Assembly: GCA_039208735.1 (NCBI GenBank)
Contig: JBCCQY010000147.1
Span: 1 to 23,470 of the forward strand
Source: Myxococcota bacterium
GTDB taxonomy: Bacteria > Myxococcota_A > UBA796 > GCA-2862545
DNA: 23,470 bases
Reading direction: 5' to 3'
Shown here piece by piece: positions 1 to 8,953 of the stretch. Under the pieces are notes generated by a model that was not told where the DNA came from, made no database searches, and saw nothing but the letters and a program-made list of their open reading frames with translations. The position numbers and the translations under genes were made by a program. Each line of letters begins with the position of its first letter. Within the stretch, counting starts at the first letter, position 1.

Positions 1-1
1 C

Positions 2-319
2 TCGGCGCCCCGGCCGGAGCGCGATCTCGAGGTTGGAGGGTTGCGGGCCAGTCCACGGCGTCGTGAGGCGACCGTCGACGGCCAGCCGCTCGAACTGACG
101 GGCGCCGAGTTCGACGTTTTGTGCCTGCTCATGCGAGCCGCGGGCGAAGTGGTGAGCCGGGAGGAGCTGCACCGGGAGGTCCGAGGGGTGGCCTATAACG
201 GCGCGGATCGGAGCATCGACATCAACGTTTCGAGGCTCCGTCGCAAGCTGCACAAGGCCGGCCTGAACGACTGCCTCAAGTCCATCCGCGGGGTGGGCTA
301 CTTCCTCGTGCGACCATGA
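2..319 (+). CDS. OmpR/PhoB-family response regulator, C-terminal winged-helix domain (5' partial; RstA/CpxR-like)
   Basis: Frame is open from the window edge. LELTGAEFDVL...VVSREEL...DRSIDINVSRLRRKL...KSIRGVGYFL is a typical Trans_reg_C domain. ATGA overlap with the downstream kinase. Confidence 0.95.
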   Translation, partial: SAPRPERDLEVGGLRASPRRREATVDGQPLELTGAEFDVLCLLMRAAGEVVSREELHREVRGVAYNGADRSIDINVSRLRRKLHKAGLNDCLKSIRGVGYFLVRP

Positions 320-1569
320 TGCGAGGATTGACCCTTCAGGTCGTGGCTGCATTCGCAGCCGCACTGGCCCTCGGGGCGGTGGCCGGACTGGTCGTGGCCA
401 TGGTGCTGAAGGCCGACGCCGACCGCGAGTTTGAGGCCCTCGTCAGCGGAAGTGGTCTTCGTCTGTTGGCCGACACGCTCGATCAGGCTGAACCGCCACG
501 GTGGCCCGCAATTCTCGAACAGACCCAGCCCCACTTCGGCTACCCCTTGCGCGTCGCGGAGCATGACCTCACTAGGTCGAGTCTCGGAGTGCCCATTGGC
601 GAGACAGGTCGTTTGTTGGTCCTTGGCCCCATTCCACGCCCCGCCCCAGGACCGGTGCTGTGGCCACTGCTCGCCTTCGTGGTCACGCTGGTCGTTGTCG
701 CAAGCACGCTCGTCGCCCTACCCCTCGCGGTGCAGCTGCGACGGACCCAAAACGCGATTCGACAGCTCGGCGAGGGCCGCTGGGACCACCGGCTCGAGGC
801 CGAGTCCGAAGGGCCCTTGCGCAGCCTTGCCCACAACGTGAACCAGACGGCCGAGCAGCTCGAGCACCTGTTTCGCGAGCGTGAGCACCTGCTGCAGGCC
901 GTCTCCCATGAACTCGGCACACCCCTGTCGCGCATACGCTTTCAGCTCGCCTTCCTCGAGCCGTTGCTTCCCGCCCACGCGCAAACGCGCCTTGGCCATG
1001 CCAGACGTGATCTGGACGAACTCGATGAGATGAGCCGCGAACTTGTGGGCTGGGTCGAGGCCGGCTCCTCCCCTCGCGAGCCAGAGGTCTTCTCCGTCCG
1101 CGACGTGGTGGAGCCCTTGGTCGAACTCGCGTGCCAGCACGCCGACCATCTGACGCCGCGCTTAGACATCGATCCGATGGTGCACATTCTCGGCGATCTG
1201 CGGCCATTCCAACGCGCCATGGAAAACCTGCTGCGAAATGCCGTGCGGTATGCGAACGCGACCATCGTGGTCACCGGGCACCCAATCGACAACCACGTCA
1301 TCGTCGAAATCCGAGACGACGGACCCGGGATTCCCGAGGATCAACGGGCACGCCTACTCGAGCCGTTCACGCGGGTCGACGGGTCGCGTTCACGACGGGG
1401 CGGCGGATTAGGGCTTGGGCTCGCTATCGTTCATCGCCTCGTGACCGCCCACGGCGGCACCACCATCCTCGGTGATGCACCTGAGGGAGGGGCTTGTGTG
1501 ACCACCCAATGGCCGAGTTCAGGCGATCGGCGCACGCCAGCGCAGGCGGCAGACGAAGGGCGCTCCTGA
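316..1569 (+). CDS. Two-component sensor histidine kinase (2 TM, HAMP, HisKA, HATPase; RstB-like)
   Basis: Two hydrophobic segments, H-box AVSHELGTPLSRI, N-box ENLLRNAVRY, G1 DDGPGIP, G2 GGLGLGLAIV. Confidence 0.95.
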   Translation: MMRGLTLQVVAAFAAALALGAVAGLVVAMVLKADADREFEALVSGSGLRLLADTLDQAEPPRWPAILEQTQPHFGYPLRVAEHDLTRSSLGVPIGETGRLLVLGPIPRPAPGPVLWPLLAFVVTLVVVASTLVALPLAVQLRRTQNAIRQLGEGRWDHRLEAESEGPLRSLAHNVNQTAEQLEHLFREREHLLQAVSHELGTPLSRIRFQLAFLEPLLPAHAQTRLGHARRDLDELDEMSRELVGWVEAGSSPREPEVFSVRDVVEPLVELACQHADHLTPRLDIDPMVHILGDLRPFQRAMENLLRNAVRYANATIVVTGHPIDNHVIVEIRDDGPGIPEDQRARLLEPFTRVDGSRSRRGGGLGLGLAIVHRLVTAHGGTTILGDAPEGGACVTTQWPSSGDRRTPAQAADEGRS

Positions 1570-2268
1570 GCCTTCCAACAGCTCCGAGACGGGGCACTCA
1601 CGAAATTCATCATCATCTGCGAGAGAGGCAGCGGGAAAGGACAGCATGACCAATTCGTCGTCTTGCTGAAGCCGCCAGTTGACCACGTTGGGAAAGGGGT
1701 TTTCGCTTCTCGCTTCAATGTTTCGAAACACCGTTAACGGCAATCCAGGACCGGCGGTTTGTCCGTGGGCGTACGCCCAGTCCTCGCGTGGCGTTTCGAA
1801 CACGGCCGACTTCCCCCGAAAGACCTTTGCTTGATGCGCTCCCACGGACGCACACCACAGAACGTTGCGTTCTCGGTGAACCACCAAGACGGTGAGCGCA
1901 GGCTGAACGTCGCCAAAATCAGCCCAAGTCTGGTCATCCGCCACGAAGCGAGACATGAACGCCGTTGCGCTTTTGATGACGGCACCGCTGAGGCGCAACC
2001 ATGCATGCTCCGTCGATTCGCGCCAGTGCCGCTCCAGTTGGTCCAGGAAGAACCCAGAACCTTCGGGAAAGCAAGTACTGAAGGGGATATCATAGGCATT
2101 CGCCAGCGCAAACAGCTTCGCCGTGCCGTCATCGAACGCTCGAGCAACGGCATTGGATGGCAACTCATCCACCCGCGATGCAAACTGGATGCTGGGGTCC
2201 GCCGAAGGGTTCAAGCCAAGCTCCTTGCCTCCTGGAGCAGGATTGTAGCTGCAAAACGAACCATTCAC
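1519..2268 (-). CDS. Hypothetical protein, probable degenerate PP2C/PPM-fold protein (start uncertain)
   Basis: 249-aa ORF. Motif order LFALANA / LTVLVV..NVLWCASVGAHQAKVFRG / PNVVNWRLQQDDELVMLSFP / GSGAPFVC parallels PP2C LFAVADG / LYVAHVGDSRAYL.R.G / PDI...L..GD.LLLCSDG / GG.DNITV. Comparison made by eye. Confidence 0.55.
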   Translation of the reverse strand: MNGSFCSYNPAPGGKELGLNPSADPSIQFASRVDELPSNAVARAFDDGTAKLFALANAYDIPFSTCFPEGSGFFLDQLERHWRESTEHAWLRLSGAVIKSATAFMSRFVADDQTWADFGDVQPALTVLVVHRERNVLWCASVGAHQAKVFRGKSAVFETPREDWAYAHGQTAGPGLPLTVFRNIEARSENPFPNVVNWRLQQDDELVMLSFPAASLADDDEFRECPVSELLEGSGAPFVCRLRWRAPIA

Positions 2269-2294
2269 TACTATCGGCTGACGCGAGGTCCCGA

Positions 2295-3902
2295 ATGGCC
2301 ACCCCGACGATCCAAAATCCCATTCTCCCTGGGTTCCACCCCGACCCCTGCATTGTGAGGGCGGGCGAAGACTACTACATCGCGACGTCGACGTTCGAAT
2401 GGTTTCCCGGGGTGCGGCTGCACCACAGTCGCGACCTCGTACACTGGCGGCCGATTGGCTACGCCCTGGACCGGACGACCCAGCTCGATCTTCGAGGGAA
2501 TGACCGTTCTGGTGGAGTGTGGGCTCCCGCCCTGTCCTACGCCAAGGGGCGATTCCACCTCGTCTACACCGATGTGAAAGCCTGGGGCTTTGGCTTCGTC
2601 GACAGCCACAACTACCTCGTGACCGCCGACCGCATCGAAGGGCCCTGGTCCGACCCGGTCTACCTCAACAGCAGCGGCTTCGACCCTTCCCTTTTCATCG
2701 ATGAGGACGGGCGCTCGTGGATCGTGAACCTTCGGTGGGACCCGCGCCCGGGCACCGACCGGTTCGGTGGGATTGTGCTGCAGGAATACGAGCCTGACCT
2801 GCAGCGTCTGATCGGCGAGCCGCAGATCATCTTCAAGGGCACCGCACTTGGGGTGACCGAAGGTCCCCACCTCTTTCGACGCAATGGCTGGATCTATTTG
2901 GTCACCGCCGAAGGGGGCACGTCGTGGGACCATGCAATGACGGTGGCCCGTTCACGATCCGTCACCGGTCCCTACGAAGCCGATCCGGAAGGCCCCATCG
3001 TGACGAGCCGGCAGCGACCTGACCTTGCACTGCAAAAGGCGGGTCACGGGATGTTCGTCGAAACGCCAACCCACGAATGGTACGTCACCCACCTCTGTGG
3101 CCGGCCGGTTGGGCCTCATCGCCGCTGCATCCTAGGCCGAGAGACCGCTATTCAAAGGGTCCGATGGACCGATGAGGGCTGGCCTAGATTGGCCACTGGC
3201 GGAAACACACCCCAGGTTGAGGTACCCGGCCCCGACCTGCCCCCCCACCGCTGGCCTGCCTCTCTGGCCCGCGATGACTTCGACACGGCAGCGCTTGGAC
3301 CGGCTTGGCAGACGCTTCGCGTTCCGGCAGACCCAAGCTGGCTCTCCCTCGATGAACGACCCGGTTGGTTACGGCTTCGGGGGCAGGAATCGCCACGCTC
3401 CCGACACCGCCAAAGCCTCGTGGGACAGCGCGTCACCGCGACCCATCAACGCTTCGAGACCTGCCTTTCGTGCCATCCGACGTCGTTCCAACAAATGGCG
3501 GGGCTCCTCGCCTTCTATGACGACGAACAGTTCTACTACGCGATGGTCACGTTCGACCCGAAGGTGGGCCGCTAGCTGGCCCTGCTTGCGTGCCGGAACG
3601 GTGATTACGCCTGGGTCGAAGGCACGCCGTTCCCCTTGCGTACCGACCCGGTCCGGCTCGCCGTTTCGTTCGCAGGCGAACGCTTGCAGTTTTCCTACGC
3701 GACCCACGGCGGGTTTGAACCATTGGGCCCTACGCTCGATGCCACGGTGCTCTCGGACGAAGCCACCACACGGGGACTTGGCTTCACGGGAACCTTCGTG
3801 GCCCTTGGCGCTCACGATGTGTCCGGACAACGAATGGTCGCTGACTTTGACTACATCGCCGTCCAGCCCGCTGTCCGCAAAGGATCGGACGTTCATCGGT
3901 AA
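2295..3902 (+). pseudogene. GH43 beta-xylosidase/alpha-arabinofuranosidase (XynB-like) interrupted by an in-frame TAG at 3573-3575
   Basis: ATG 2295 after GAGGT. IQNPILPGFHPDPCI..YYIATSTFEWFPGV, GGVWAP, GFDPSLF and TEGPHL are GH43 motifs. The same frame resumes after the TAG with C-terminal domain motifs (LQFSY..LDATVLSDE..GFTGTFV..ADFDY) up to TAA 3902. Confidence 0.9.
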
Positions 3903-3972
3903 ACGATCGGGACGAAGCATCCCGGCTCCTCGAAGATGACCAGACTTCATCATGCCCATCGAGGAGAACCCC

Positions 3973-4740
3973 ATGCATCGATTGATCGCCGCGGCCAGCC
4001 TGACTCTGGGACTGGGCTTGACCCAAGATGCGCAGGCCCAGGCCTATAGCCAGTGGAATTGCTTAGAAACGATGAGCGGTACGCCGTCGGCCCTGCCATG
4101 GCTCGACTCTCTCGACACTTTTCCCGTTGGGATCGGCGCACTCACTGGGTTCGTCTCGGACTCCGGCTACGACGACCCTACGATGAAGGACATCACGCTC
4201 ACGTTCCGGGATCCCTTGGCTCCCGTCAACGAACTCACCATCAATCCGATCGGCGGTCCAGGAATCAGTGTCGCCGTTTCTTACAACGCCGTGGTGGCAT
4301 TTCCTCCCGCAGGAGTCGTGACACCGGCGCATGTTCGCACGGATCTGTCGCATCCCACACCCGCCCTCACCGTCTACGTGACGCACTCAAGCTACACCTC
4401 GGGCGTGATCCGGTACCTCGACGAGACGGGCGCCGTGATCGATGTGCAGACCATTCCGGCCTACAGCGCGATGTGGTACGGCCATGATGTGGACTCCGGC
4501 AACTTCACCGACACGAATTCGGTGCCCGGTCCCACGATGCCACCAACGTTTGCGATTCCGGGGACGTTCGACAGCTCCGGGATGATGGGTCCCACCTGCC
4601 TCGTGGATCGGGCCGACTGGATCTGGAGCGTCGAGATCGAGATGACGGGTGCGGATTCAGAAGTCGGCTTTAACGACATCTGCTTCCCCGACCTCTACAT
4701 CCCGTCCTGGGCCAACGCAGACGCCGCCTGCGTGCCCTAG
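3973..4740 (+). CDS. Secreted hypothetical protein (Sec signal peptide, predicted beta-rich)
   Basis: GAGGAG at 3961-3966 precedes ATG 3973. MHRLIAAASLTLGLGLTQDAQA is a signal peptide with an AxA site. GC3-rich codons; 4 Cys. Confidence 0.8.
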   Translation: MHRLIAAASLTLGLGLTQDAQAQAYSQWNCLETMSGTPSALPWLDSLDTFPVGIGALTGFVSDSGYDDPTMKDITLTFRDPLAPVNELTINPIGGPGISVAVSYNAVVAFPPAGVVTPAHVRTDLSHPTPALTVYVTHSSYTSGVIRYLDETGAVIDVQTIPAYSAMWYGHDVDSGNFTDTNSVPGPTMPPTFAIPGTFDSSGMMGPTCLVDRADWIWSVEIEMTGADSEVGFNDICFPDLYIPSWANADAACVP

Positions 4741-4774
4741 GTCCGCTTCGCCTAAAGCGAATTATCATGCACCC

Positions 4775-7171
4775 ATGATTCGCCTGGGCCGATTCTTTGT
4801 GGATCTCGAAGCCGAAACCCTGCTCGACGACGGCCAGCCCAAGCATTTGCGACCGGCGGCTTGGCGACTCTTGGCCGTCTTTGTCGAACGGCCGGGCGCC
4901 TTGTGGTCGCACGACGAGTTGATCGCGCGAGTGTGGCCAGGCCTAAGTGTGGTGAACGACGTCCTCACCCAGCAGGTGGGCGCACTGCGACGACGTCTTG
5001 GGCGCGAGGCCATCGCCACCATCCGAGGGCGGGGGTACCGCTTCGAGCTGCCCGTTTCCGATGCCTCGGCGGCGAAGCGCATCCCCAAGTTGATTGGCCG
5101 CGAGTCGATCGTGCAAGAGCTCATCGCCGCACTGCAGAGCCACGGTTCGGCGTGCTTGTATGGCGTTCCAGGGATTGGGAAGTCCGCGGTAGCCGAGCTT
5201 GTGGCGGCACGATGGACCGATCCCTCCCCGCTGCACGTCATCGATGAAACCCAAGCGGTGGCAAACGAGCCTTGCCTGTTCGTCGCAAGGCATTTTCCCC
5301 CGAGCTTTTCGGGTGCAACGATACGGCTCGAAGGACTGCCTCCGCCAGCCGGTCGCGAGTTGCTCCGTCGAACGGTCCCCCCCGCTCGAGCGTCAGATGA
5401 GGACTTGGAGGCCTTGTCGAAACGGTTTGGCGGACACCCGGGGGCACTGGTCGCCCTCGCGGGACCGCTGCGGGTCTGGCCGACGTCAGAACTCGATGCA
5501 AGTGCTTTGCCCGCCGACATCGTCGAGGCGTTCGAAGACGGGTTTGCCTCCTTGTCTCCTGCCGTTCAACACAGTTTTCGTCGGCTTGCCGGCTTGCAGA
5601 CCGCCATTCCTGCATCCCTTGCCCGGTCAAGCCTTACCGAACTGCCCCCTGGAACGGTCCAGTGCGCTCCGCTGGAACGCACGGCAGCGTCAGGCTGGCT
5701 CGATGTGGACATCAAGGATGGGTCGAGCTGGGTGAGGGTCGGGCCCCCGATGGGAGATTGGGTTCGAGCCCATCACGGGGCCATCGATGCCCCGGGGATG
5801 CACCAACTCGCCGCCAAGTGGTTGATCGACCGAGGACAATCTCATCACGAGGCGGCCCGACGAACACCAGATACGCCGTCGTGGACTTGGCTGTTCCAAC
5901 ATCACGACCTTTTGATCGAATTGCTCACTACGGGCGGAGAGCATCTATCCGCCGACGTGAGGTGCAACTTGGCGCTTATGGCGCAACTGCGCCCTCGGCA
6001 CTTCGGCTCCCCGGAACGGGCGCTCGAGCTGGTGCGCCTTGGACTCGACGCGGATCCCACACACATTCGACTGCGCCGTACCGAACTGTCCCTGCTTCGT
6101 CTGACCCAGCGTCTCGAAGAAGCCCTTCAGGCGGCGCGGAGCCTCCTCGCCGACGTCGGCGACGATGCGCTGACAAGGCTGCACGTTCAATGCGAGCTGG
6201 CAACGCTCCAAGCCTGGTCCGCTCCTGAACTCGCCAGCAAAACCGCGCGGGAAACCCTGCACCAAGCCCTGCGCGTGAACGACCCGTTCTTGATCGCGCG
6301 AGCTCATTTCACCTGTGCGCGTACCCTCCCAGGTTCCAACTCGGCGATCGAACACTACCGGGCCGCGCTGGCTCGACTCCCCGATCCGAACGGTTGGCAA
6401 GGGCAAGCCATTCGCCTCAACTTGGGGCACGCCGAGCACGAGTGGGGTCACCTCGAAGAGGCGGAGGCGCATTATCTGGCACGGCTGGACGTCCCCGAGC
6501 ACCGTGACTCCCGCGAGTCACGAATCAAGACGCTGCAGTGCCTTTCGGACGCCATGCGGGAACAGGGTCGAACGGATGAGGCCGAGCACTGGCTAGGGAA
6601 GAGCCTGAACATGGCGACCAACGCCGGCTGGATAGGCCTGTCGCGCGCCTCCGAACTTGGCCTGGCCGGCTTGGCGATCGATCGTGCCAATCTTGAAGAC
6701 GCCCAACAGTGGCTTGATCGACGACCGGCCAACCACGAGCCCGACGACCGAAGCCGCGCGATGCGATCGCTCTTGCAGGCGCTCATGGCCCTCCGATCTG
6801 GCCAAATACGGAAGGCTCGGCTCTACCTGATGGAGGCCCCGCACATGGCAATCGCGGGCTTGGATGCGGTCCGTCTTGCGTTGCTCGCAGGAAGCGAGGC
6901 GACGCTAGGGAATCCCCACGCCGCCTGCGCGCACATCACGTCGGTCCCTCCAACCCTCCGAACCGCGCCCGCCCTCCGTCCCTGGTTCGCATGGGCAGAA
7001 GCCGCTGTGGCCTTGGCGCGGGAACAAATCGGCTTCCCAGAGATCGAGGCGAGCCTCCGAGGCTACGGGACGTCGAACCCCGACAGTCGACCAGTCCCCG
7101 AGCTTCGCTGGCTTACGGACGTCCTGCGTGGTGCGCCCACGGCGATGACAGCGTCAGGTCCCCATTCGTGA
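4775..7171 (+). CDS. Winged-helix / NB-ARC-like ATPase / TPR-like transcriptional regulator (STAND class)
   Basis: N-terminal Trans_reg_C (IRLGRFFVD..LAVFVERPG..ELIARVWP..IATIRGRGYRF), LIGRE, Walker A GVPGIGKS, GxP-like GGHPGAL, and long Ala/Leu-rich helical repeats (LNLGHAEHEWGHLEEAEAHY). Confidence 0.88.
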   Translation: MIRLGRFFVDLEAETLLDDGQPKHLRPAAWRLLAVFVERPGALWSHDELIARVWPGLSVVNDVLTQQVGALRRRLGREAIATIRGRGYRFELPVSDASAAKRIPKLIGRESIVQELIAALQSHGSACLYGVPGIGKSAVAELVAARWTDPSPLHVIDETQAVANEPCLFVARHFPPSFSGATIRLEGLPPPAGRELLRRTVPPARASDEDLEALSKRFGGHPGALVALAGPLRVWPTSELDASALPADIVEAFEDGFASLSPAVQHSFRRLAGLQTAIPASLARSSLTELPPGTVQCAPLERTAASGWLDVDIKDGSSWVRVGPPMGDWVRAHHGAIDAPGMHQLAAKWLIDRGQSHHEAARRTPDTPSWTWLFQHHDLLIELLTTGGEHLSADVRCNLALMAQLRPRHFGSPERALELVRLGLDADPTHIRLRRTELSLLRLTQRLEEALQAARSLLADVGDDALTRLHVQCELATLQAWSAPELASKTARETLHQALRVNDPFLIARAHFTCARTLPGSNSAIEHYRAALARLPDPNGWQGQAIRLNLGHAEHEWGHLEEAEAHYLARLDVPEHRDSRESRIKTLQCLSDAMREQGRTDEAEHWLGKSLNMATNAGWIGLSRASELGLAGLAIDRANLEDAQQWLDRRPANHEPDDRSRAMRSLLQALMALRSGQIRKARLYLMEAPHMAIAGLDAVRLALLAGSEATLGNPHAACAHITSVPPTLRTAPALRPWFAWAEAAVALAREQIGFPEIEASLRGYGTSNPDSRPVPELRWLTDVLRGAPTAMTASGPHS

Positions 7172-7187
7172 CTCCACAACCCGCGGC

Positions 7188-7784
7188 CTAGGTTTTTCGA
7201 AGACCGTCCGCGGTTAGTGTCCAACCGGGAATCGCAAGGTCGTCCTGACTCCGCTTGGCGCGCGTGAGATCCGCTCTGCGCAAGAAGGCTCGATGGAGGT
7301 TGGCCCCTTCAAGGTTGGCCTCAACAAGGTTGGCGGCTTCCAGGTTCGCCTCGACAAGGTTGGCGCCTCTGAGGTTGGCTTGAAGGAAATTCGCCCGCTT
7401 GAGGTTGGCTCCGCGAAGATTGGCTTCGACAAGTTCGGAATAAGGAAGCTCTGCATCGACAAGCCACGCGCCCACGAGTTGGGCATGGGACAGGTTGACT
7501 CGTGCAAGAAGACCATTCTTGAGGTAGAAACCGTTCGCCACGATTCTGCAACCGTGCATGGCTAAAAGGGTGATGACAAACGCGCTCCGCTTTGCCGAAT
7601 CGGGCGTGCGATGATGGCATTGGTCTGCCAATTGCCGGGTCAGGTGGTCGATACGCTCCTGACGCTTGCGCGCTTCGGCCTGTCGTTTTCTCCAGGCGCG
7701 AATCCCATGCACGAAACCGATCGAGGTTGCCACGACGAGCCCCGCGGCGACCAACATCCAAACGGGCTCAACCACGAATTTCAT
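7188..7784 (-). CDS. Pentapeptide-repeat protein with N-terminal transmembrane helix
   Basis: A-N/D-L-x-x repeats (ANLRG ANLKR ANFLQ ANLRG ANLVE ANLEA ANLVE ANLEG ANLHR) after a hydrophobic N-terminus and a basic helical linker. Confidence 0.9.
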   Translation of the reverse strand: MKFVVEPVWMLVAAGLVVATSIGFVHGIRAWRKRQAEARKRQERIDHLTRQLADQCHHRTPDSAKRSAFVITLLAMHGCRIVANGFYLKNGLLARVNLSHAQLVGAWLVDAELPYSELVEANLRGANLKRANFLQANLRGANLVEANLEAANLVEANLEGANLHRAFLRRADLTRAKRSQDDLAIPGWTLTADGLRKT

Positions 7785-7833
7785 GCAGGTGGTCTACTCG
7801 GTGAACGGTGCACCGGCGAGGCTTGCTTCACTC

Positions 7834-7867
7834 TGGCGCACTTGGACACGGAGATGGCGTGGCTCGC
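7834..7867 (+). promoter_or_regulatory. Putative AraC-type operator: TGGCG direct repeats 21 bp apart
   Basis: TGGCGC at 7834 and TGGCGT at 7855 (two helical turns apart), directly upstream of the AraC gene. Confidence 0.35.
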
Positions 7868-7899
7868 CACTGCCGAACGCCGCGGACCTCTCTACGTTC

Positions 7900-8925
7900 A
7901 TGGGACAGGAGGCCCCGCTGGCGGCGAATCACGGCTATGCCCTCGATCCAGGTTTCAAAAGCCTAATTGCTTCAGCTGGCCTGCGGCATCAGGACGTCCT
8001 CCGGCGTGCAGGGCTTCCCGAGGACCTCCTGAACCGACCGAACGTCCGGGTGACGGCGAAGCAGTTCCTGTCGTTTTCCAACGCGCTGCAAGCGTCCGTC
8101 GACGAACCGGACTTTCCCGTCCGGTTGGTCGAGGCCATGAATGCAGAGTCGTTCTCCCCTCCAGCCTTCGCCGCCTTGTGCAGTCCCAATCTGACCGTCG
8201 CCGCGACCCGGCTCTCCCGGTTCAAGCCGCTGATGGCCCCCGTCGAGCTGGAGGTGGAGCGTCACGCTGCGGGGCTCCGCATTGCATTCCACTGGATGGC
8301 AAGCACCATCGCTCCGCCATGGTTGCTCGTTGGCACGGAGGCGCTCGGGATCGTGAAGCTCGCTCGGATGGGCACGCGACACCACGTACGAGCGAGCAAA
8401 GTCACGATGCCCGAGTTGCCTGTGGCAAAAGACGCTTACGAGGCCTATCTGGGCTGCCCCATTCAGATCGATGTCGAGCCCTCGGTGAGCTTCGACGCCG
8501 AGGATGCTACGCGGCCCTTCCTCAGCGACAACAGCGCGATGTGGGAGATTTTCGAGCCTCAGCTGCGGAAGCGGCTCGCAGACCTCGAAGGCACCGCGTC
8601 CTTTCAGGCGCGAACGCGCGCGGTCCTGATCGAAGGCCTGCCGAGCGGCCGGGTTTCGGTCGATGACGTAGCGCGGCGGCTGGCCTTGAGTTCGCGCACG
8701 TTCCAGCGACGCCTCCAGAACGAAGGAACCAGCTTCAAACTCGTCGTTCGAGAACTCCGCGAGGAGCTGGCCCGACACTACTTGGGCACGACGCAGCTGT
8801 CGTCGAGCGAGATTGCCTACCTACTCGGTTTCGAAGAAACGGCATCGTTCTTCCGGGCCTTCCATCGTTGGACCGGCATGACCCCAGAGGCCTTGCGTCA
8901 ATCGCAACAGAAGAGCCAGCGGTGA
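7900..8925 (+). CDS. AraC-family transcriptional regulator (Arabinose_bd_2-type N-domain plus HTH); start ATG 7900 or CTG 7918
   Basis: DVLRRAGLPEDLL, FAALCSPNL..A..RLSRFKPL, and C-terminal VARRLALSSRTFQRRLQNEGTSF..EIAYLLGFEETASFFRAFHRWTGMTP. Confidence 0.93.
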   Translation: MGQEAPLAANHGYALDPGFKSLIASAGLRHQDVLRRAGLPEDLLNRPNVRVTAKQFLSFSNALQASVDEPDFPVRLVEAMNAESFSPPAFAALCSPNLTVAATRLSRFKPLMAPVELEVERHAAGLRIAFHWMASTIAPPWLLVGTEALGIVKLARMGTRHHVRASKVTMPELPVAKDAYEAYLGCPIQIDVEPSVSFDAEDATRPFLSDNSAMWEIFEPQLRKRLADLEGTASFQARTRAVLIEGLPSGRVSVDDVARRLALSSRTFQRRLQNEGTSFKLVVRELREELARHYLGTTQLSSSEIAYLLGFEETASFFRAFHRWTGMTPEALRQSQQKSQR

Positions 8926-8953
8926 TCGACGGAACCCGAGGCGATCGGTTGAC

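Noticed and set aside
2157..2294. Upstream in-frame extensions of ORFs (also 4649-4774, 7666-7899, 13112-13261, 19287-19460)
   Set aside because: They overlap neighbouring genes or promoters, and downstream starts fit RBS position and family N-termini better.
3573..3575. Genome-wide TAG reassignment
   Set aside because: TAG terminates other genes here at sensible positions (4740, 7188, 16864, 22071), and only one internal TAG was found.
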